64,000 bases of DNA. Source: Candidatus Latescibacterota bacterium (lineage in GTDB: Bacteria; Latescibacterota; UBA2968; UBA8231). A program made the translations under genes and the position numbers. Location of the stretch: positions 96,001 to 160,000 of the forward strand of contig CBDAOB010000001.1 in NCBI GenBank assembly GCA_965197905.1, read 5' to 3'. Shown piece by piece: positions 21,186-31,380 of this stretch. Each line of letters starts with the position of its first letter. The stretch's first letter is position 1. Under the pieces are notes generated by a model that worked only from the letters and a program-made list of their open reading frames with translations, was not told where the DNA came from and did not search any database.

Positions 21186-22487
21186 ATGAGGTTTCGATTG
21201 GCTCGTAGAGACGGTGTCCTGGGCGCCATTGTATTGCTCCTCCTGGTACCGCTGTTTCCGGTCGCCATAGAGGCTTCCGGCACCGCCACGACCAGAGCCG
21301 ACAGCCTGTCCCTGGCGCCTGCGAAACCTCTCCGCTATCGCTCCCGCGGTGAGCAGGCGCTCGCCGTACCCGGGCGCATCGTGCATTTCCCGTTTCACCT
21401 GTTGTTCGTTGGCGGCCGCTACAGCGCTCATCTCGTTTGGGAGGTCCGCTTGATCGATCGGTTGAAAGGTTGGCTCACCACGGAGGATGGGCGGATTGGG
21501 ATTCGTCCACTCTCCAACACCGATATCGGATCCGGTTTCCGTCTTTTTTACAAGCGCCTGCCGAGCACAGCAGACGGCGAGCTTACTTCAACCGTTGGCG
21601 CTGCACCGCGCCAGCGCCAACACCACACCGTTGCGCTGGCGTGGGATAAACCTGCTGCCCTTCCGGGGCGCCTGCATTTGGATGCAGGTCTGCGCAAGGA
21701 ACCGAAAGAAAGCTACTTCGGGGTCGGCCAGGAAACTCCAAAGAATGACCGCACGAGTTTCTTTCAGGAAGACCTCCATGCAGGGCTGCGCTGGGAGCAC
21801 CGGATCGATCGTTCGTTGAAAGGCCAGGCCGCCATCGGCTACCACTCTGTAGACATCGGTGCCGGACAGAGCTCCACGGCCCCAGAGATCGGCATTGCCT
21901 ACACTCCCGTTACCTTGCCCGGCCTCGATCAACGGGTGCATTTCATCGAAAGCTCCGTCGGCGTGCACCGCGAGGTCGTCGACGTTCCGGGAAGTCCGAC
22001 CCGTGGCAATCGCACCCGGCTGCTGCTGGCATACCACCGCGCGTTGGACGAAAAATTCTCGCACCTGCGCATCAACGCAGTGAGCGAGCAGTTCGTCGAG
22101 CTCTTCTACCGACGCACCGCATCCTTGCGCCTGGGCATGGATTGGCGCCACGCCCCTGGGGATGATCGAGTCCCGTTCTACAACCTTGCCTACCTGGGCG
22201 GGATCGAGAATCTGCGCGGTTACACAAGGGGCAGATTTCGCGATCGCGGAACCCTGTTTGCTTCTGTCACCTACAAGTACCCGGTATGGCGCCTGGTGGA
22301 CGGTACTCTGTTTTACGAATCCGGGCGCGCCTTCCATGCCCTGGACGAGCTGGAGCTGGGGGGATGGGCGAGCTCGATGGGAGCCGGCTTGCGAGTGTGG
22401 GTACCCGGCGGCCTGGTTTTCGAACAGCTGGTAGCTCGCAGCGAGGAGGAGCTTCGTCTGTTGGTCAATTTCAAAACAATCTTCTAA
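21186..22487 (+). CDS. Omp85/BamA-TamA family beta-barrel without recognisable POTRA domains (copy 1)
   Basis: Signal peptide, amphipathic strands, LGG..LRGY.RGRFRD loop-6 motif, C-terminal Phe (NFKTIF). Confidence 0.8.
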   Translation: MRFRLARRDGVLGAIVLLLLVPLFPVAIEASGTATTRADSLSLAPAKPLRYRSRGEQALAVPGRIVHFPFHLLFVGGRYSAHLVWEVRLIDRLKGWLTTEDGRIGIRPLSNTDIGSGFRLFYKRLPSTADGELTSTVGAAPRQRQHHTVALAWDKPAALPGRLHLDAGLRKEPKESYFGVGQETPKNDRTSFFQEDLHAGLRWEHRIDRSLKGQAAIGYHSVDIGAGQSSTAPEIGIAYTPVTLPGLDQRVHFIESSVGVHREVVDVPGSPTRGNRTRLLLAYHRALDEKFSHLRINAVSEQFVELFYRRTASLRLGMDWRHAPGDDRVPFYNLAYLGGIENLRGYTRGRFRDRGTLFASVTYKYPVWRLVDGTLFYESGRAFHALDELELGGWASSMGAGLRVWVPGGLVFEQLVARSEEELRLLVNFKTIF

Positions 22488-22491
22488 GTCT

Positions 22492-24135
22492 ATGTTTGCT
22501 AAATTGATACCGATCCTTGCGATCTGCCTCGGTTGCGGAAGCGCCCTGCCGCCGCCGCCGTCGGCGGCCTTTCCCGATCCCGCCCGCCCACTGGCGAAAC
22601 CAAAACGGCGCAAATCGCGTTTGGTCGTAGAGATCATCGATAAGAGCTTCGACTACCAGATCAGTCAGGTGCTGGATCTTCCGCGCATGGGGAGGAGGTT
22701 GATCGGCCGCCCGTATGAAGCGCTCAACGTGGACGAATTTGATGAGGTGTCCAACTCCGCCTGGTTCACCAACCGCAACGGCGTAGAGCCGCTTTCGCCG
22801 CAAGCCATCAGCCGCGGTCCCAATCGATCGAACGGACCCGACATGTCAGCGCCGTGGAAAGTGGTAGCAATCAAATCCGCTGGCGTGACGCCTGGAATGA
22901 CCATTCTCGACGGCAGGGACGACCGGTATATCATCAAGTTCGACCCGCCCGACTTTCCGCAGCTTGCCAGCGCCGCCGAGGTGGTCGCCGCTCGACTGCT
23001 CCATGCCGCCGGCTACAACGTGCCCGAAAACTACATCACCTACGTGGAGAAACGGCGACTCACGTTGGAGTCGGAGGCGAGGCTTACGGTCACCACCAAC
23101 GATTCGCGACCGCCCATCAGCTCGCGCTCGGTGCGCAGAGTCGATCTGGAGGGGCTCCTCGAACGTGCAGGCAGCGACGGCGGCCCCATACGAGTCCTGG
23201 CCAGTCGCTTTCTCGAAGGCATACCGATCGGTCCGTGGTCCTACACCGGGGTTCGGCGGGACGATCCGAACGACATCTACGCCCATGAGCATCGACGGGA
23301 AATTCGCGGCTTCTACGTCATTGCCTCCTGGCTCAACCACGCCGACATGAAGGAGGAGAACACGCTGGACATGTATGACCCGAAAACAAAGCAAGTAACA
23401 CACTACCTCATCGACTTCGGCGCCTCCATGGGCAGCAACAGCACCCACGCTAGCAATCCGCGACGCGGACAGGCAAACAGCTTGGATGTGAGAGACTCGC
23501 TCACGCGCCTGTTTTCCCTGGGGCTCTACGTTCACAACTACGAGAAGGCTCCCCGAACGGTATTCCACCCCTCGGTCGGATATCTCGACAATCGGCTTTT
23601 CAAAGCCGATCGCTGGAAGCCGATGTACCCGGTGCCGGCCTTCGAGAACATGACCAACCGCGACGCGTTCTGGGGTGCCGCCATCGTGACCTCTTTCTCG
23701 AAGGCTCAGATTGAAGCGGCGGTGGCGGCGGCGGAGTTGTCCGAACCGAAAGCCGCCCAGGGATTGGTAAACTTCCTAGCCGAGCGCCGCGATCGCGTGG
23801 GGGCGTACTGGTTTAGCCGGCTCAACGCGCTGACCAGGTTTCAGATCGAGAATGGAGACCGATTGAGCGGATCGGACCTGGCGGTGACCCGAGGTTATGC
23901 GGCTACGCAGGAGACCCGTTATCGAATCCGCGTCTGGTCCGACGGCCGACAGCTACTCCAACTGGAGAACCTCGAACCGACGTTGACATTGGAGACGAGC
24001 TGGCAGAAGCTGGGTTCGGTGGCCGTCTCGTTTCTGCCGCTCAGGGTGAACCGAGAATCTCCCAAACCAGTATGGGTCTATCTCAATTCTACGGCGGGCA
24101 GGTGGAAATTGGCAGGGTTGCGGCGGTTGGACTAG
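22492..24135 (+). CDS. lipoprotein with protein-kinase-like (PI3K/HipA/CotH-type) fold (copy 1)
   Basis: Lipobox-like CLGC; SAGVTPG, YIIKFD, AAEVVAARLL, NHADMKEEN, HYLIDFG. Confidence 0.7.
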   Translation: MFAKLIPILAICLGCGSALPPPPSAAFPDPARPLAKPKRRKSRLVVEIIDKSFDYQISQVLDLPRMGRRLIGRPYEALNVDEFDEVSNSAWFTNRNGVEPLSPQAISRGPNRSNGPDMSAPWKVVAIKSAGVTPGMTILDGRDDRYIIKFDPPDFPQLASAAEVVAARLLHAAGYNVPENYITYVEKRRLTLESEARLTVTTNDSRPPISSRSVRRVDLEGLLERAGSDGGPIRVLASRFLEGIPIGPWSYTGVRRDDPNDIYAHEHRREIRGFYVIASWLNHADMKEENTLDMYDPKTKQVTHYLIDFGASMGSNSTHASNPRRGQANSLDVRDSLTRLFSLGLYVHNYEKAPRTVFHPSVGYLDNRLFKADRWKPMYPVPAFENMTNRDAFWGAAIVTSFSKAQIEAAVAAAELSEPKAAQGLVNFLAERRDRVGAYWFSRLNALTRFQIENGDRLSGSDLAVTRGYAATQETRYRIRVWSDGRQLLQLENLEPTLTLETSWQKLGSVAVSFLPLRVNRESPKPVWVYLNSTAGRWKLAGLRRLD

Positions 24136-24196
24136 CAGCCGGCTGTGAATGCCATGACGCCGAGTTCTTGGAATTCGGTACAAGTCCCTGTGCGTG

Positions 24197-26181
24197 CTAG
24201 ACGGTTTCCTGCAATCCCACCGGCAGAACAACCGTGAAGGTAGTGCCTTCCCCGACCTTGCTTTCCACGTCGATGCGACCTTTGTGATCGGCCATGATCT
24301 GTTGACAGATCGCCAGTCCCAGCCCGGTTCCGGTGGCGGCGCCTTTGGTGGTAAACCCCGACTCGAAGATCCTCGCCAGGCTGTCGGGCTCGATGCCCGA
24401 TCCGGTGTCGCTGATGCTGACGCATGCCTCGCCGTCCCGCAAAAACGTAGCGACGCGAATAGTCCCTTTGCCGTCGATGGCCTGCTGAGCATTGTTGAGG
24501 ATATTCAGGAATACCTGGTTGAGACGACTCGGATAACAAGCGATTGCCGGAAGTTCGGCGTACTCTTTCACGACTTCGATTCTGTTCTTGATGTCATGAT
24601 GCACGAGCATCAGGGTGTCGTTTAGACCGTCGTGAATATCTACCTCGGTCAGGTGATCGTGATCGAGGCGGGCGAAATTTCGAAGACTGCGAACGATCGT
24701 AGTCACTCTGGATGTCCCCGTCTCGATGACCCGATTGCTGTCTTCGATAATCTTCAAAACACCCTGTAACCCCATGTGTTCCTTGCAGTCCTTCGGAAAG
24801 TCCCGCTCGATGGTCGACTTGAGCTTTCCAACTGCTCGCACCAGGGTATCGTGCATGCTATGGATGGCACCGACGGGGGTGTTGATCTCATGAGCGATGC
24901 CGGCCACCAGGTTTCCCAACGCCGCCATCTTTTCGGATTGCAGCAGCTGGGTATGCGCATCGCTGATCTGTTGGAGGTCACCCATGCGGCGAAAACCCTC
25001 CGACAGCACAGCCGCCAGCTCCTTCAGCACCTCCAGCACCTGCTCCGAATAGGCATTCGGCTCGTCGCTGGTCAACCGTAGTGTTCCTTCAGAGAACGGT
25101 ACGTCTACCACGGAACGAACGTCAACGTGGTGCGACTTCTCGAACGGATCCTCCGCCCCAAGGTCGTCCCTGCATGAACACTCCTGCGACTGCCACATCT
25201 TGGTGAGCTCCCCCACCCCCTTCTCCGAGTCCGACACTAGCCATTGACCCTGGCGACTCATACTGCGGGACTTTACCACCGGCGGCTCCACTGTCGTGTC
25301 GATGACGTTGATGCCGCATTCCAGATATTCGATCGCCAGCTGCTCCAACCCCTCCCCGATCGCCGCCAACACATTGGCGATGTCGTCAGCGTCTACCATC
25401 TTCCACACCTCCTCGCGCACGCGTTGCATAACGCCACCGCGCAGTTCGGTGCGTTTGCGCTCGGTAATATCGCGGGCAAACCCCACGTGGCAGAGTACCT
25501 CGCCGTTGTCGTTTTTCACCGGAAAAGCCAGCAGTTCGATATCGATCCACCGCCCCACTTTGGTCTGACTGCGAATCTCACCGCGGAAGCTGCCTTTTTC
25601 CCAGATTTCCTTACCAACCCGCTCGAAGGTCTCTTGATCGGTGTGTAGGGCGGGGGTATGCCCTGCCAGCTCTTCGTCGGTGTAACCCAGCATCTCTCGA
25701 TGCGCCAGGTTCTGCTCGATGTAGTTTCTATTGGCGTCGAGAATCACCACGGCGTCCTGGGTATTGGTGACAATCTCTTTGTAGAGCAGCAAGTTGTCTT
25801 CTAGTTGCTTGCGCTCGGTCACGTCCCGGGCGATGCCTTCATTGCGCACGAACTCGCCATTCTCGAAAATAAGGCGGCGGTTGCCTCGAAGAACTTTACC
25901 TCGCCTCCTTTGGCGAGCATGCGAAACTCGAATCGCCTCACTTCCTGGTCCTGCTTGCTCATGGCCTCTTCGAGGCCCGCTTTCATCTGCGCTTGATCGT
26001 CCGGGTGGATGAATTGGAGCGCGGAGACCCCGATCAGCTCGGCCCGCGAGTATCCGAGGATGTCTTCGGCGGCTTTATTCAGGCTCACAAAGGCGCCCTT
26101 GCCGTCGAGGGCGTAGACGATGTCCGGAACATTCTCCGTCCCCGGCAGGAGCTGTTCGTGCATTTTGCTCATTCGATCCAC
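24197..26181 (-). CDS. PAS-PAS-GAF-like histidine kinase (NtrB type), frameshifted near 25882
   Basis: First PAS in 25819..26181; remainder in 24197..25849 with SEKMAALGNLVAGIAHEINTP, NQVFLN, DTGSG, GTGLGL. Confidence 0.88.
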
Positions 26182-26660
26182 TATGAAAACGCCTTCAGAA
26201 TCTCCTGCTGAATGCCCTGAAGATCGGAATACGCCTTGTTGATCTCCGAGATCTTCCGCTGCAGCTCCGTCGCCAGCCGGTGTTTCTCAAGACCGTTGCG
26301 GATGATGATCTGCAGCTGGTCGTTGTCCCACGGTTTTTCGATGTACTGGAACAGTCCTATGTCGTTTATCGCTTTGATGGCATTTTCTTTATCGGCGTAT
26401 CCGGTCAGTATGATGCGCGGTATCTGTGGCTTCACCTCTCTCACCTTGGCGAGAAAACTGATTCCGTCCATCTCCGGCATCAGGTAGTCGGAAATCACCA
26501 TGTCGACGCGATTGCCGTTGATGAAGTCGAGCGCCTCGCCTGGAGACAGGAACGTCTTTACCTCGTATTCGGTCTCGAGCATCAAGAAAGAGCTGAGAAT
26601 GGTGAGCACCATCTCTTCATCGTCGACGAGTACTATGGTTTCGTTGCTGCCTTCCAACAT
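26181..26660 (-). CDS. response regulator (REC plus coiled coil)
   Basis: LVDDE, ISDYLMPEMDG, IILTGY, YIEKPW. Confidence 0.9.
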   Translation of the reverse strand: MLEGSNETIVLVDDEEMVLTILSSFLMLETEYEVKTFLSPGEALDFINGNRVDMVISDYLMPEMDGISFLAKVREVKPQIPRIILTGYADKENAIKAINDIGLFQYIEKPWDNDQLQIIIRNGLEKHRLATELQRKISEINKAYSDLQGIQQEILKAFS

Positions 26661-26685
26661 GTATTACTCCTGTCTTACCAGCGTA

Positions 26686-27120
26686 CTAGGAACCGGGGGC
26701 ACCGACTCGGCCCAGCAATCCACGCACGCGATCTACCAACGCCTTGAGAACTCCCTGGGTGATCGCCACGTTGTCGGCAAGCAGGTCGATGAAATCTTCC
26801 TTGTTCAACCGCAGCAGACGCACGTCCTCCAACGGCGTCGCCGCAGTGACTCTGGGCTCGTCGTCAAAGAGCGCCCATGTACCGAACGGCTCCCCGGGAC
26901 CGACCACGTTAATCTCCAGATCAGACCGATGTAATCGCACCTTGCCTTCTAATACGACGAACATGGAGTCAGCTGGATCCTGCTCGCTGAAAATCGCTTG
27001 TCCCTTGGGGTGATCTTCCTCTTCGAGGATCGCTGCGAGGTAGGCCAGTTGTTCCGTCGACACCTCTGAAAAGACATCGACGCTCTGCAGGGAAATTACC
27101 TTTTCAATCGTAGTCAGCAT
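26686..27120 (-). CDS. stand-alone cyclic nucleotide-binding domain protein
   Basis: MLTTIEKVISLQSVDVF, MFVVLEGKV, FGTWALFDDEPRVTAA. Confidence 0.88.
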   Translation of the reverse strand: MLTTIEKVISLQSVDVFSEVSTEQLAYLAAILEEEDHPKGQAIFSEQDPADSMFVVLEGKVRLHRSDLEINVVGPGEPFGTWALFDDEPRVTAATPLEDVRLLRLNKEDFIDLLADNVAITQGVLKALVDRVRGLLGRVGAPGS

Positions 27121-27220
27121 ACGGGGGCATTGTACAGGTTCGCCGTACGAGTGTCAATGATTCCAGAATATACGAGAGCGCGCTTGACGGCGCTCACCGT
27201 CGGTTCGGCCGCTGGGGGAG

Positions 27221-29944
27221 CTAAGCCGAGGTCCGCAGCACCATCTCCGCGGTTTCGCGTACGACCTGGTTGGCATCGTTGCGCGCCAGCCTTACCAGCT
27301 CTTCCTTACCGCTGGCGGCCCCTTCGGTAGTGCTGAACAGCGAACAAGCGCGCAACCACGGATCCCGATTATTTACCAGAAATGCCAGCACTTCCTGCTC
27401 GCCACTCATTCGGGCGTTAAAGGTTCTCTCCCCATGATCGATCGCGGCATCGACTGAAAGTGGATCGAGCAAAGGGATGAGCTGTTCCTTGAGGTGACGA
27501 TCAAGGAGATTGTCGAGGAACTCGATGGCGCTGGCCCGTGTAGACCGGTTGCCGCTGACAAGACCCAGATAGGCGAAGTACATGTCCTGCGCATCGAACT
27601 GCAACCCCAGCAGCCTGAAAATTCGCTCCGTGTTCTGATCCTGTTTCTCCTTCAGCGCGCGCTTGAGCAACTGCAGTGCGTGGCGTCCGTCGCGATCTTC
27701 GTAAAAATGGATCGCCTGTAGTAGGTCGAAATAAGCTCTGAGCGCCCGTTGCAAAAGCTGGTCGATCAACCCCCGATCGAACTCGAGACCATCGCCCCTG
27801 CTACGCAGTTTGCTCAACGATTTAATGAGGGCGAACTGCAACTGAGGTTCCACCTCGTCCAGCATACTCAACAGCAGGTCTACCGATTCCTGTTCGGCCA
27901 CCTGCCCCATGATGCGGGCACCGTTAACGCGATCGCCGTACTCTGCTTCTGCGTCCCTCACAATGGCCGCAACGGGCTCGAGAGCGTCGGACCCGTACTG
28001 GGCGAGAGCGCGCCGCGCCGCCAGTCGGTAGCGCCGGTCTCCCATCTTCTCCAGGAGCAATGGAAGAAAGTGAGGATCGCGCAGTCCACCCATGCTCAGT
28101 ATCATCTCTTCGACGACGGCGGGTTCGGGGTCGTTGAGGAACTGGGTAATGATTTCGTTGAGGTACGGCCGACCGTTTCGCTGCAGACTGGAGACGATCC
28201 TGGCGGCTTGAACCCGTTCGCTCACACCTATGGGTCCCGAAGAGGCGATGTGATGGCGAATCAACTCCTCGTCGACCAGCTGGTTCTCCTCCTCCGTACC
28301 GTATCTAGCGATGCAGCCGATAGCCGCCGACCGCAACAGGCCGTCATCGCTGTTCACTGCATTTTCGAAACACTGCTGCCGTGGTTCCCCTCCATGCACA
28401 CTGAGGTAATGCAACGCCTCGATCCTTACATCCAGTTCGCCATCCTGAGTCAGGGGTCTGACATCCTCGGGTGATATGGCAACCTCTTGACCCAAAAGAA
28501 CCTTCAAGGCCTTTTGTCGCACCACCCCGGAAGAATGTTGCAGCAGTCGGCGCGAAGGTTCCACTAGACGGCGGGCCCTGACCGCGGACAGCATGTCCAG
28601 CGCGTAATCCAGCTGTCGTTCATTCTCGCTTTCCAGGGAGGCAACCAGACTGTCCAGCGCCGCCGCCTCGTTGATATCGACGGTCAGCTCCCCGACGTCG
28701 ATCTCCCGTTTTTCCAGCGCTTGACGGAAGCTGTTCACGTAGGCCCCGCGTCCATGAAAGACCAACGCCATCCACAGCGCGATCAGCGCCAGCGAGAGAA
28801 AGCTGAGATGCTGATACGAAACCCCGAATACGGAAATTGCCAGCAGCACCAGAACCGCACCGAGTCCGGTACAGAGGTTGTCTACAGTCGTATCCAACAG
28901 CACCTTCGTCCGCTGTTTTATCGCCGCCGGAATCGGCAGGAACAGAATCTCCACCGCGGATTTGTGGATCGAGTGCCGAAAACCGCCATCCCCCAGCTTT
29001 ACCAGGATACCGGCCATCAAACCCGGGATTGCCAGCAAGGCAACCGATCCGACTGCGAGACTCACCGGCAGGAACAAAAGCGCGGAAACCACACCGAACT
29101 TGCGCAGGAAACGGGGCGTTACGAACACCTGGAAGAGGAACGCTAGAGCGCTCAGATAGGCGAAGAACTGACCGAAGAACGCGGTCTTGGCATCCTTTGA
29201 GGGAAAAGCACGATCGGCGATGTCGTTGAACTGCACGTCGACGATTGCCGCAACTACGGCGACAAGGGCGGCCATTCCTGCCAGCAACCGCAGGAGATCA
29301 GAACCGCGCACGGTCGCCCAGACATTTTGGGTCGTCGCTTGTTTCTCGCTCGGGGCGGCCGCCTGTCTCGAGCGCACGAAGTAGAGCAGCAGTAAACTCG
29401 CCAGCAGCATGCCAGCGCAGACGATGAGCAGGTTCTCGGTGCCAACCCTGCTGACGATCCAGCTGGTCACCGCACCACCGGCGATGCCGGCAGCGCCGAT
29501 AAACCCGAACAGCCGTCTCGCCTCCCGGGCGTCGAACAGGGCGTTGGCCAAGAGCCAGAGCAGCGATGTCGCCATCAACCCGTAGATGTTTACCCACACG
29601 TAAAAGAGGTAGAAGCTCCACGCCCAGCCACGGGGCAGAACGAGCCAGAAGAGCAACAGGTTGCTCAGGAGAATCAGAAAAACGACCGGAATAATGCGGT
29701 CGAGCCGCGTGCGCTGCGAAAGACCCGCGAAAAGCACTGCAACACCCGCTCCGACGAACGCCACCAGGAGCAGCACGTAAGGCAGCTGCTCGACCCCCAG
29801 CTTATCGAGAAAGAGCGCGTTGCGGACCGGCTTTAGCACGTAGAGGGAAGCCATGACCAGTCCGTACGCCAAGGTCAGCGGCAGGATGCGTGGTAACTCC
29901 TGCCGGCGTAGATCGACGACGCTGCTCAGCAGCCTATGAATCAT
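27221..29944 (-). CDS. NTT/TLC (Npt1/Npt2) nucleotide transporter fused to HEAT repeats
   Basis: ~430 aa hydrophobic MFS-like domain with LKPVRNALF, WLLANALFDAREARRLFG, RHSIHKSAVEILFLP, KVLLD; then HEAT-like helical repeats ending DANQVVRETA. Confidence 0.85.
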   Translation of the reverse strand: MIHRLLSSVVDLRRQELPRILPLTLAYGLVMASLYVLKPVRNALFLDKLGVEQLPYVLLLVAFVGAGVAVLFAGLSQRTRLDRIIPVVFLILLSNLLLFWLVLPRGWAWSFYLFYVWVNIYGLMATSLLWLLANALFDAREARRLFGFIGAAGIAGGAVTSWIVSRVGTENLLIVCAGMLLASLLLLYFVRSRQAAAPSEKQATTQNVWATVRGSDLLRLLAGMAALVAVVAAIVDVQFNDIADRAFPSKDAKTAFFGQFFAYLSALAFLFQVFVTPRFLRKFGVVSALLFLPVSLAVGSVALLAIPGLMAGILVKLGDGGFRHSIHKSAVEILFLPIPAAIKQRTKVLLDTTVDNLCTGLGAVLVLLAISVFGVSYQHLSFLSLALIALWMALVFHGRGAYVNSFRQALEKREIDVGELTVDINEAAALDSLVASLESENERQLDYALDMLSAVRARRLVEPSRRLLQHSSGVVRQKALKVLLGQEVAISPEDVRPLTQDGELDVRIEALHYLSVHGGEPRQQCFENAVNSDDGLLRSAAIGCIARYGTEEENQLVDEELIRHHIASSGPIGVSERVQAARIVSSLQRNGRPYLNEIITQFLNDPEPAVVEEMILSMGGLRDPHFLPLLLEKMGDRRYRLAARRALAQYGSDALEPVAAIVRDAEAEYGDRVNGARIMGQVAEQESVDLLLSMLDEVEPQLQFALIKSLSKLRSRGDGLEFDRGLIDQLLQRALRAYFDLLQAIHFYEDRDGRHALQLLKRALKEKQDQNTERIFRLLGLQFDAQDMYFAYLGLVSGNRSTRASAIEFLDNLLDRHLKEQLIPLLDPLSVDAAIDHGERTFNARMSGEQEVLAFLVNNRDPWLRACSLFSTTEGAASGKEELVRLARNDANQVVRETAEMVLRTSA

Positions 29945-29966
29945 GGTTTCTGTCTGGGATTTGTGG

Positions 29967-31370
29967 TCAGCTCGACAGCCCGGTTTCCTTTTCACCGAAG
30001 GACCTGCCCGCGTAGCGGGCGGCGGCGATCCAAACCACCAAGATTACAATGGTCGCCAGCGACAACCAGCGAATCGCCCCGAAGCCGGCAAAGAGGGTGA
30101 CAATCAACAGGTTGACGCCCACTGCCAGCGCCTTGGCGAAACGTTGTACGAACATGTCGATGAACGCCTTCGCTTTGTATTTCTCGTCGCGGGTAGTGGG
30201 AACGTACAATACCTCCTTGGCCGATTGGTTGATGGAATAGCTCAAGCCGTTGTCGGAGGTGTTTAGCAAGCTTCCGATCAGCAGAACCGGGGCGATGAGA
30301 AACCCCGCGGAGCCCAGCAGAGCCGCGACGGGCAGGAAGAGCAACGCGGTACCGACGCCAAAGCGAGTCATTACAAAACTGGTAAGCAGCAGCTGGACGA
30401 TCAGCGCCACCATGTTTGTGAAGGAGAAGACCCGCGGAAAGTGCTCGCCGATGGCGGCGCCTTCGAGGTGGTGGACCACTGCCGAAGTGAACTGGAAGTC
30501 CATGATCGTGGAAACCATCTCGTAGAGACCCACGATAGCCACGATCGACAACAGGTACTTCGAACGGAAGACCAGTCGGGCGCCTTCGAAAGCCGCATTC
30601 CCTTGCGGTTTCTCTTCCGACTTTGCCTCCACTTCCGCTTCCGGCGGTGGATTCTTGGCGACCACGCGGCCAGCGGCCATGGCTATGAGCGCGATGGCCA
30701 GAGCAATGCCGAGACAGACCCACATCCACAGAGAGGGACTCGAAGCCTTCACGTAGATACCGACCACCGAGCTCCCGAAGAATCCGCCAAGGACCCCGCC
30801 GAGCCCAATCAGTCCATACAACCTCTTGGCGGCGGCCGGCGCAACGCTGTCGTTGAGGAAGGCGAAGAAGCTCGCCACCATCAGGGTGCTGAACAGGTCG
30901 CCGAAGAGATAGAACGACCAGATAGTGAATGCACCGGGACTGTTCAGCAGGAAGCTGTACACCGCATACGCCAGCACGAAAAAAATGCTCAACGCATATG
31001 TAAGCTGCTGGCGACGCAGGGACCGGGCGAGGATCGTGAATATGGTCGCGGCGGCGAACGCCACCGCCATGTTCAACACCTTGGCAATCTGCTCTGCGCC
31101 TGGACCGTCGAGAACCCACCCAAACAGATCAAACGGAGTCGAGCTGTAGAACTCGAGGAAGGAGGTTTTCTTGATCGGTTTGAGAATCCAGAAGGTGGTG
31201 ATGACCAAAAAGAAATAGAGGAACATTAGCAGGGCTTGAGCCCGTTCTTCTGGGCGGAACCCTTTGATCTGTCGTCCGACGAGAACCAGAAAGATGAGCA
31301 CCAGCGGCCATTGGAGAGCCGCCACATAAGACATGAAGCTCTCAAAGAAAGCAAAACCTACCGATTCCAA
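29967..31370 (-). CDS. NTT/TLC (Npt1/Npt2) nucleotide transporter, stand-alone
   Basis: ILKPIK, AKRLYGLIG, YSINQSAKEVLYVP, KYKAKAFIDMFVQRFAK, which match ATP/ADP-translocase family motifs. Confidence 0.88.
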   Translation of the reverse strand: MESVGFAFFESFMSYVAALQWPLVLIFLVLVGRQIKGFRPEERAQALLMFLYFFLVITTFWILKPIKKTSFLEFYSSTPFDLFGWVLDGPGAEQIAKVLNMAVAFAAATIFTILARSLRRQQLTYALSIFFVLAYAVYSFLLNSPGAFTIWSFYLFGDLFSTLMVASFFAFLNDSVAPAAAKRLYGLIGLGGVLGGFFGSSVVGIYVKASSPSLWMWVCLGIALAIALIAMAAGRVVAKNPPPEAEVEAKSEEKPQGNAAFEGARLVFRSKYLLSIVAIVGLYEMVSTIMDFQFTSAVVHHLEGAAIGEHFPRVFSFTNMVALIVQLLLTSFVMTRFGVGTALLFLPVAALLGSAGFLIAPVLLIGSLLNTSDNGLSYSINQSAKEVLYVPTTRDEKYKAKAFIDMFVQRFAKALAVGVNLLIVTLFAGFGAIRWLSLATIVILVVWIAAARYAGRSFGEKETGLSS

Positions 31371-31380
31371 TGTGTCCCCC

